The position numbers were made by a program, and so were the translations under genes. Under the pieces are notes generated by a model that did not search any database, had not been told where the DNA came from, and was given only the letters and a program-made list of their open reading frames with translations. A DNA stretch of 64,000 nt from contig CAXXYE010000001.1 in assembly GCA_963674865.2 (NCBI GenBank), positions 64,001-128,000 of the forward strand. Direction: 5' to 3'. The stretch is from Candidatus Hydrogenedentota bacterium. Lineage in GTDB: Bacteria; Hydrogenedentota; Hydrogenedentia; Hydrogenedentales; SLHB01. Of the stretch, positions 57,424-64,000 are shown in pieces (within the stretch, counting starts at the first letter, position 1; each line of letters opens with the position of its first letter).

Positions 57424-60087
57424 ATGCGTGCAAAGGCGTTCTATTGCGCGGGCACTCACTGGGATCGGGAATGGTATGAGCCGTTCCAGGAGTACCGGAT
57501 GTGGCTCGTCGAATTGATTGACGAGTTGATGGCCCTTATGGAGCGGGCGCCCGAGTACCGCTGTTTCCATCTCGACGGCCAGGCCGTTGTCCTTGAAGAC
57601 TACCTCGCCATTCGGCCGGAGCGGGCCGGACGGCTCGTCAAGCTGATGAAGGAAAGCCGCGTCGTAGCCGGCCCGTGGTACGTGCTGCCGGATGAGTGGC
57701 TCGTCTCCGGTGAAAGTTTCATCCGGAATCTGATGACGGGGATGCGCGTCTGCCGCGAACTCGGCGTCGAGCCGATGCCTTTTGGATATACGCCCGACCA
57801 GTTCGGCCATATCGCCGCCCTGCCCATGATCATGACGGGCTTCGGATTCCAGACGGGCATCTGCTGGCGAGGCACACAGAATGAAACGCATGCGGCCCAC
57901 TTCGTCTGGATCGGCCCGGACGGCAGTCGCATGTTGACCTGCAAACTCAGCGATGAGGGCAGCTACGCCCCATTCAAGTTTGCCGTGAGAGACCGCGTCA
58001 AACGCGACGGCATGACCGACGAGAGTTACGCGGAGCACTTCAATCCATACTTCGACAGAGAACTTGCCCGGGGGGCCGCACCGCTGGTGTTGATGCTCGA
58101 TGCCATCGATCATGAGTCGGCCGATCCTGAAATGCCGCGGATACTTGACGACTTGCAGCGGCTCTACCCCGATATCGAGTTCGTCTGGGGCGCCTTACCG
58201 GAGTTTGCCGAAGAGCTGCATCGCCGTGCGGAGTCATTTCCCGAATACGAAGGGGAACTCCGGCAGCCGGCACGCGCCTCAGGCCGCGGCGGGCAATACC
58301 TCATCGTCCACACCCTTTCATCCCGGTATCCCATCAAGCAGCGCAACGACACTTGCCAGGCCCTCTTGGAGAAGTGGGCGGAGCCCTATGCGCTATTTCA
58401 TCAGATGGCCGGCGGCACGCCCATCGTGAAATACCTTGACGAGGCGTGGAGGCATCTCCTCAAGAACCACCCGCACGATTCCATTTGCGGCTGTAGCATC
58501 GACCAGGTGCATCGAGACATGCGGTTCCGCTTTGACCAATGCGAGCAGATAGCCGACGGACTAATCCGCCGAGCGATGGCTCATTTGGCAAAGGCCGCGG
58601 CCGCGAACGAGGCCACCTCCAACATCGTCGTGCACAATCCTCTGCCGTGGGCGCGCCGCGGCGTCTTCGAGATCGCTGTACCTTTCAACACCGACTGGCC
58701 CAAGCGCTTCGTCGATGGGCTGTCCACCGGAGAGCGGATCAACAAGTTTGTCCTCGTAAAGCAAGATGGTGGCCGGGTGCCTTTTCAGCTCCACGCCATT
58801 GAGCGAAACGTCCTCTACAAGCGCTTGCGAGAAAACGGGCGGAAGTCGAATGGGCGCGGCGACGTGTACCACCTTGCCGTCGAGATGGACCTGCCGCCCT
58901 GCGGCTATACCGGCTTCCGCGTCGAGCCCATCGACGAGGCCACGCGGAACTTCGGTAGCCTGATGACGGCCCCTCTGGCCGCCTCCAATGATCTGCTTTC
59001 CTTCTCACTGAGTCCTGACGGACTCGGAAGGCTGGTGGATGAAGAGACCGGCCGCTCCTGGGAGAACCTTTTCCTCTACGATGATTGCGGTGACTGCGGC
59101 GACGGATGGACCCTTGGCCGAGTCACCGATGACACCGTCTATCGCGGCCCAGGGGCGAGTGTCTCGACCGCCATTGATGAGGACGGCCCCCTGCGCACCG
59201 TCTTTCGCGTTGAACGGCACTTTGATGTCCCTGCTCAACTCGACCCTTCGACGGGCGCCCGTTCCCGTGAGCGCGTCGGCCTGGAGATTACCGACAGGAT
59301 TTACCTTGAGAAGGGCGCGCCCTTCCTTCGCGTGCGAACGCGCATCAAGAATGCGTGTAGCGACCACCGCCTTCGTGTGCTTCTTCCGCTGGGCGCACCT
59401 GCCGAGGCCAGCTTCGCCGAGACGCCTTTCGCCATCGTCGAGCGTCCGGTGGCCATCCCCGAGGAAACGGCCGCCTGGCACGAGCGCATCAACCCGGAAA
59501 CCGCCTTCAGTACCTTTGTCGGCCTGCGGGACGGCTCAGGCGGCTTCGCGGTTTTGGCGCCGTTCGGCCTACACGAGTACGAGGTCCTGCAGACGCCCGA
59601 GCGCACCTTGGCGCTCACGCTCTTTCGCGCAACGGGCCAGACGGTTGGCACTCCCGGGGAAGCCGATGGCCAACTCCATGACACCATGGAATTCGAGTAC
59701 CTGCTCTACCCCTTCCGGGGCGGCTTTGACGCCGTTGAGGCCTCGCGGCTGGTGGCCGGGGCGCAGGTGGGCACACGATCACACGCCACGGAGACGCTTC
59801 CTCAGGATCGATCCTTCCTCAAACTGCATGCCGGGGCGGCGGTCGTGACCGCCATCAAGCCCGCCGCGGACGAGGGCGGGGGAATCGTCCGGCTGTGGAA
59901 TCCGACGGCCATTGACGTCTGCGATGTTCTCAAGGTCAATTGCAGTGTTCTCTCGGCCAAACGCTGCACGCTGGATGAGCAGCCCCTCGAGGCCCTGGAC
60001 CTGAATGGCGACGGAAGCATATCCATTATCGTCCCCGCCGGTGGGCTGGCTACCGTGCGTTTCACTTGGGCCACAGGACAGGAGTAG
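57424..60087 (+). CDS. GH38 alpha-mannosidase (MngB-like subtype)
   Basis: THWDREWY, LDGQ, GPWYVLPDEWLVSGES, PDQFGH, HPHDSICGCS. Confidence 0.92.
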   Translation: MRAKAFYCAGTHWDREWYEPFQEYRMWLVELIDELMALMERAPEYRCFHLDGQAVVLEDYLAIRPERAGRLVKLMKESRVVAGPWYVLPDEWLVSGESFIRNLMTGMRVCRELGVEPMPFGYTPDQFGHIAALPMIMTGFGFQTGICWRGTQNETHAAHFVWIGPDGSRMLTCKLSDEGSYAPFKFAVRDRVKRDGMTDESYAEHFNPYFDRELARGAAPLVLMLDAIDHESADPEMPRILDDLQRLYPDIEFVWGALPEFAEELHRRAESFPEYEGELRQPARASGRGGQYLIVHTLSSRYPIKQRNDTCQALLEKWAEPYALFHQMAGGTPIVKYLDEAWRHLLKNHPHDSICGCSIDQVHRDMRFRFDQCEQIADGLIRRAMAHLAKAAAANEATSNIVVHNPLPWARRGVFEIAVPFNTDWPKRFVDGLSTGERINKFVLVKQDGGRVPFQLHAIERNVLYKRLRENGRKSNGRGDVYHLAVEMDLPPCGYTGFRVEPIDEATRNFGSLMTAPLAASNDLLSFSLSPDGLGRLVDEETGRSWENLFLYDDCGDCGDGWTLGRVTDDTVYRGPGASVSTAIDEDGPLRTVFRVERHFDVPAQLDPSTGARSRERVGLEITDRIYLEKGAPFLRVRTRIKNACSDHRLRVLLPLGAPAEASFAETPFAIVERPVAIPEETAAWHERINPETAFSTFVGLRDGSGGFAVLAPFGLHEYEVLQTPERTLALTLFRATGQTVGTPGEADGQLHDTMEFEYLLYPFRGGFDAVEASRLVAGAQVGTRSHATETLPQDRSFLKLHAGAAVVTAIKPAADEGGGIVRLWNPTAIDVCDVLKVNCSVLSAKRCTLDEQPLEALDLNGDGSISIIVPAGGLATVRFTWATGQE

Positions 60088-60153
60088 TCCCGGCCAGTAA
60101 CGAGGGGACCGGGCGCTTCGTGGAAAAATGGGTGAAGTTTGCGCATCAGTGAC

Positions 60154-60183
60154 TTGACATAAAGCGCCTGATAACGATAAACT
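60154..60183 (+). promoter_or_regulatory. Candidate sigma70 promoter for the small ORF
   Basis: TTGACA (60154-60159), 18-nt spacer, TAAACT (60178-60183) in an AT-rich patch. Confidence 0.55.
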
Positions 60184-60291
60184 CTTTACAACTCGTGTGA
60201 TGTGCGTAGTACCACGCAGCAACGCCGGGTCGTGTCGAATGGGGAGTTCAACGGTATTGTTCAATGCGAGCAACGAAGGAGGCAAGGCAAA

Positions 60292-60465
60292 GTGAGTCAC
60301 ATTCAGCGTATTTCGAGGGAATGCCCGGCTAAGGCCGCTCTGTGGCAGGATGTCATGTGCGAAGCCAACGAGGTGTTGCTTCAGCTATTGAGCGCCAAAG
60401 GCGGCGAACTGCCCATCTTGGAGTTCATTTCCGACAAGTGCGACTTGCCGACGGACGAAACCTAG
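60292..60465 (+). CDS. Small 57-aa protein of unknown function
   Basis: GAAGGAGG 9 nt before GTG; MSHIQRISRECPAKAALWQDVMCEANEVLLQLLSAKGGELPILEFISDKCDLPTDET. Confidence 0.7.
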   Translation: MSHIQRISRECPAKAALWQDVMCEANEVLLQLLSAKGGELPILEFISDKCDLPTDET

Positions 60466-60671
60466 ACCGCCAAACGCCTGTCGGGCTCTTGCACACTGCG
60501 AGTGGGTGGAGCATGCGCCCCCATGCCTGAAGGTTGACGCCAGGGGGCCTTATTCCCGATAGAGTAGGCACATGGCTACGGCCTATGGCTGGAGGCATGT
60601 GTGATCGCGCCCAAGGTGAAGTACTGTCGGGTTGACACTAGGATCGCGGGAGGGAAACGCGCGGAAAACTA

Positions 60672-60700
60672 TTGACAATGCTCAGTTTATCCCGCATAAT
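60672..60700 (+). promoter_or_regulatory. Near-consensus sigma70 promoter for the lipoprotein genes
   Basis: TTGACA-N17-CATAAT, ~100 bp upstream of the LRR gene. Confidence 0.7.
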
Positions 60701-60797
60701 AGCACCGCTCGACATAGGAGAAACGCGCGTCAATGATTGATTGGGTGAATTCACGCCGGGATTGTGCCGGGAAACGTCGATAGGGGTGGAGGCCATC

Positions 60798-61385
60798 ATG
60801 AAAATGAATCATCGGAGGTTCTTGGGGCTTCTCGGGCTGGTCGTAGGTGCTGGAATCATTCTGACGGGTTGCCCGAAAAGCGCAAGCATTGTGATATTTG
60901 AGGATTCGGCGCTCGATGCGGCCGTCCGGGACGCCATAGGCAAGCCGTTCGGATTTCTCACGCAGGAGGACTGCAAAGAACTCCTGGCGCTGGACGCCCG
61001 CAATATGTCGATCACCAGCCTTGAGGGCCTGGAAAACTGCACGAATCTCATATCTTTGGACTTAGATACCAACAATATTTCTGATATTTCGCCATTGAGC
61101 AACCTCATCAATCTCGTTTACGTAAATCTCGACAGCAATGAGATTACCAACATCGCCCCCCTGGCGGGATTGGTCAATCTGGACGGCTTGTCCCTTTTTG
61201 ACAATCAGGTCGGCGATATCTCAGCCCTCGTGACGAATGCCCTGAACGGCGGGCTTGGCGAGAACGACTTCGTCATTCTCGATGAAGATACGCTGGACGA
61301 AGACGCCCTACAGGATGTCGAATTGCTCGAAGCGGCCCCGCCGCTTGGTTTCGGCGTCAACGTTATCCTCGCCACCGGCGCGTAA
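60798..61385 (+). CDS. Internalin-like leucine-rich-repeat lipoprotein
   Basis: Lipobox LTGC; 22-aa LRRs (LxxLxLxxNxIxDIxPL); FEDSALDAAVR cap. GGAGG RBS. Confidence 0.9.
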   Translation: MKMNHRRFLGLLGLVVGAGIILTGCPKSASIVIFEDSALDAAVRDAIGKPFGFLTQEDCKELLALDARNMSITSLEGLENCTNLISLDLDTNNISDISPLSNLINLVYVNLDSNEITNIAPLAGLVNLDGLSLFDNQVGDISALVTNALNGGLGENDFVILDEDTLDEDALQDVELLEAAPPLGFGVNVILATGA

Positions 61386-61592
61386 GCGAAGGGATGACGC
61401 ACCGGTTCGAGAGGTCGTTCTCTCACGCAGGATCGGCCATTATCTGGGGAGAACGGGCCGAGAGAATGGGAGCAAGAAGACAACGCGACGTTTTCTACTT
61501 GGTTTTGACGAGACAGCGTGGGTAGGTCAACGAACGGGCTGCAGGCCCGGAACACGTGGCCCTGCCCTTAGGACTACGGTGAGGGGTTTCCT

Positions 61593-64000
61593 ATGAAACG
61601 CTTCCAGCCTTGTTTTCAAGTATTCCTGATGATTGTTGCATGCGCCTCTCTCGTAGGTTGCCCGCAGCTGACTCCCTATCTTGTTGTGTCGCCCCGTGTC
61701 ATCGATTTCGGAAGTACCGGCGTCGAAGAGAGTTTCACGATCTACAACGCCGGCGCCGGCGCGCTCACCTATACGGTTGAGGTCGACACCGCGGATGACA
61801 TCGATTGGTTGAGCGCCGACGTTACCGCTGGTACCGTCATCAGCGACATGCAGCGGATCACCCTTACCGCCGACCGGGCTCTCCTCGTTGCGCGGCCCGG
61901 ATCGCCTTACGAGGCCACCGTTACCGTGGCGACGAACGGGGGAACCGAGACGCTTAACGTCTACCTGACGATGCCCGGCACGCCGCTCCTCAATGTTGTG
62001 CCGGCAACCCTGACGCTGGGCGATGCCCTCGATGAGGGCACCTTGACGATCCAGAACCTCGGCGATGATACCCTCACCTGGGACATCACGGTGTTCGATC
62101 CCGATAACGAGGACGCCACGGCGCCCGTCACGGCGACTCCCTCCGCCGGCAACACGGCCGCTGGCGGCGAAACCGAGATAACCGTCGAGGTCGACCGCGA
62201 GGGACTCGACGTCGGTGTCTACGGCTACACCATTCGTGTCAACTCCGACGGCGGCATTGTTGATGTGACCCTGAACCTAGCCGTCGACGCCAGTGCGGAG
62301 ATCGGTGTCGAGCCGCTCCTGCTGGATTTCGGCACGGAACTCAGCGAGCTGACCTTTGATGTATACAACACGGGGCCCGCGGGCACACTGCTCGAGTTCA
62401 CCGTCTCCACCGACAGAGAGGATCTCATCTTTCTTGACCCCACATCCGGCACGAGCGTTGGCGCTATTACCGACACGGGTGACGGTTCACTCGTCGGCGA
62501 ACTCGACCGACAGACGGTCAGTGTGCTGATTGACCGCACTGCACTGACCAGCTCGATCGACGGTGGCACCATCTTCGTCTCCGCTCCGGGGCTCGACGAT
62601 GTCGAGATTGCCGTGACTGTCGAGGCGGCGCCCCTCACGATTGAGGGCGCCCTGAACCGGACGCGGCCGCCGTTCCTAATGCGTTTTGTCTTCCTCCTGC
62701 GCGATCCCGTCGGTGATGCCATTGACACGACGAACCCCGCCATTTTCACCGATCCCGATGGATTGCGCTTCACCATCTGGGAGGACGATGAACTCATCGA
62801 CGCGGACGAGACGAACACCTTCATCGCGGGGCCGGAGAGCCTCCGTTTCGATCTCGTCATGATGCTGGATAACACCGGCAGCATGTATAACGCCGAAGGC
62901 GGTGGCGGCACCGTGATCGACCAGATGAACGAAGGCGCTAAGGCCTTTATCGAGGATTTGCCCGAGTCATGGCGCGTGGCGGTCATGGAGTATCACGAGC
63001 GTCAGCAAGCGAACCGGCTGCTTCAGACTTTTACCACGGACCGCGATCCCCTGATCGAGGCCATAGACACCTTCTCCTTGCCTGAGGCCGAGCACGGCGC
63101 GTCGGAGATATACGACGCCCTCTACGACGCGTGCGAGCGCCTCCAGAACGAGGATGTCGGCAAGGTCGCTTTCGACGACGCCGATGTTCGGGCCGTTGTG
63201 TTCATCTCGGATGGGCGGGATACATCTTCCATTCACACCCTTGATGAAGTGATAGCCTTTGCTCGCGACGCCGACGTCCGCACCCGGTTCTATCCGATTG
63301 GCTTCGGAGAAAACGTCAATAGTGCCCCCCTGATTAAGTTGGCCACTGAAACCGGTGGGCATTACTATCGGGCGGGGGACTCGGACCGACTAATGGAGCT
63401 TCTCGAACAGGACCCCGACGCGCTCGGCGCCGACCCGCCAGGCGTGATCGCGACCGACTTGAGCCGTCAGATGGTGCTCACCTACGTGACACTCTTCCAG
63501 GAGGGTTCACACACCTACCTCATCGAGGTCGACTACCAGGATGTCGAGGGCTCCTTCGAAGAGGATGCGGTTTACTCGATAGGCGGCGATGTCCGTGCCG
63601 GACAGATCGCGATGCACACCTCAGGGATTCAGAGCAACGGCCGTGCGGAAGTCTTCGTGCGCACCGAGTACGTCCCTAGGAATATCAACTACCTTAGGTT
63701 CCGTTTCATTGCGCCCGCCGGGCTGACGCCCACTGCGGACAACATTGACCTGCTCGACACCAGCGGCGGCCTCTTGTCAGGGTGGCGCCTGATCGATGAA
63801 GGCGGCGGTGTCTTCTCCCTGCTAACCGAGGAGGACAACTACCTCCAATACGGTGCCTTTGGCAATCTCATGCGGCTGTCTTTTGAGGGTCTCGACCCAG
63901 CAACCGACAGCTTCGAGTTGGGATTGCGAGTGGATAACTCCGTCTATGTCAACCCGCCGCTAACAAAGTTCTTCCAATACCCCGGCGATATGTTGAATCC
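61593..64000 (+). CDS. Large surface lipoprotein: about three BACON/Ig-like repeats + VWA domain; runs off the window
   Basis: Manual translation: MKRFQPCFQVFLMIVACASLVGCP; repeats FTIYNAGAGALTY, LTIQNLGDDTLTW and FDVYNTGP; VWA MIDAS-like MLDNTGS...IYDAL...FISDGRD...LATETGG. Confidence 0.88.
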   Translation, partial: MKRFQPCFQVFLMIVACASLVGCPQLTPYLVVSPRVIDFGSTGVEESFTIYNAGAGALTYTVEVDTADDIDWLSADVTAGTVISDMQRITLTADRALLVARPGSPYEATVTVATNGGTETLNVYLTMPGTPLLNVVPATLTLGDALDEGTLTIQNLGDDTLTWDITVFDPDNEDATAPVTATPSAGNTAAGGETEITVEVDREGLDVGVYGYTIRVNSDGGIVDVTLNLAVDASAEIGVEPLLLDFGTELSELTFDVYNTGPAGTLLEFTVSTDREDLIFLDPTSGTSVGAITDTGDGSLVGELDRQTVSVLIDRTALTSSIDGGTIFVSAPGLDDVEIAVTVEAAPLTIEGALNRTRPPFLMRFVFLLRDPVGDAIDTTNPAIFTDPDGLRFTIWEDDELIDADETNTFIAGPESLRFDLVMMLDNTGSMYNAEGGGGTVIDQMNEGAKAFIEDLPESWRVAVMEYHERQQANRLLQTFTTDRDPLIEAIDTFSLPEAEHGASEIYDALYDACERLQNEDVGKVAFDDADVRAVVFISDGRDTSSIHTLDEVIAFARDADVRTRFYPIGFGENVNSAPLIKLATETGGHYYRAGDSDRLMELLEQDPDALGADPPGVIATDLSRQMVLTYVTLFQEGSHTYLIEVDYQDVEGSFEEDAVYSIGGDVRAGQIAMHTSGIQSNGRAEVFVRTEYVPRNINYLRFRFIAPAGLTPTADNIDLLDTSGGLLSGWRLIDEGGGVFSLLTEEDNYLQYGAFGNLMRLSFEGLDPATDSFELGLRVDNSVYVNPPLTKFFQYPGDMLN

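Noticed and set aside
60088..60797. Riboswitch or ncRNA in the long intergenic region
   Set aside because: No recognisable conserved aptamer by eye, and the small ORF and promoters explain most of it. An Infernal/Rfam scan would be decisive.

Overview
GC-rich bacterial window, dominated by carbohydrate and small-molecule catabolism. Cys-Pro lipoboxes (LTGCP, LVGCP), an LRR lipoprotein, a BACON/VWA lipoprotein and the many URO-D-fold and Gfo/Idh/MocA genes suggest Ca. Hydrogenedentota or a PVC-like lineage; this taxonomy is inference only. Enzymes: a sulfatase (cut by the window edge), two URO-D/MtaA-fold proteins, a DUF4450-like glycosidase, two GH2, two GH38, a GH63-like enzyme, a propeller-glycosidase/esterase fusion, CocE/NonD and SGNH hydrolases, four Gfo/Idh/MocA oxidoreductases, and a deacylase/aminotransferase/dehydrogenase operon. 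Also present are a kinase/SIS pair, a flavodiiron protein, an orphan HD-GYP response regulator, an orphan ABC binding protein, and sigma54-type amtB plus a P-II gene. Most notable items: (1) a Y1/HUH transposase embedded in a structured REP-like hairpin array, with a ~230-bp duplicated module; (2) a ~150-bp MITE apparently inserted into a REP-like hairpin whose empty analogue lies 600 bp away; (3) a ~1,200-aa secreted LamG/CARDB gene split by two single-base frameshifts; (4) a 57-aa ORF with a strong RBS and its own candidate promoter, upstream of surface lipoproteins; (5) a P-II protein with Phe at the Tyr51 position. No rRNA, tRNA or CRISPR array was seen. All product calls come from motif recognition, not database searches, and many start codons were re-picked from RBS position.
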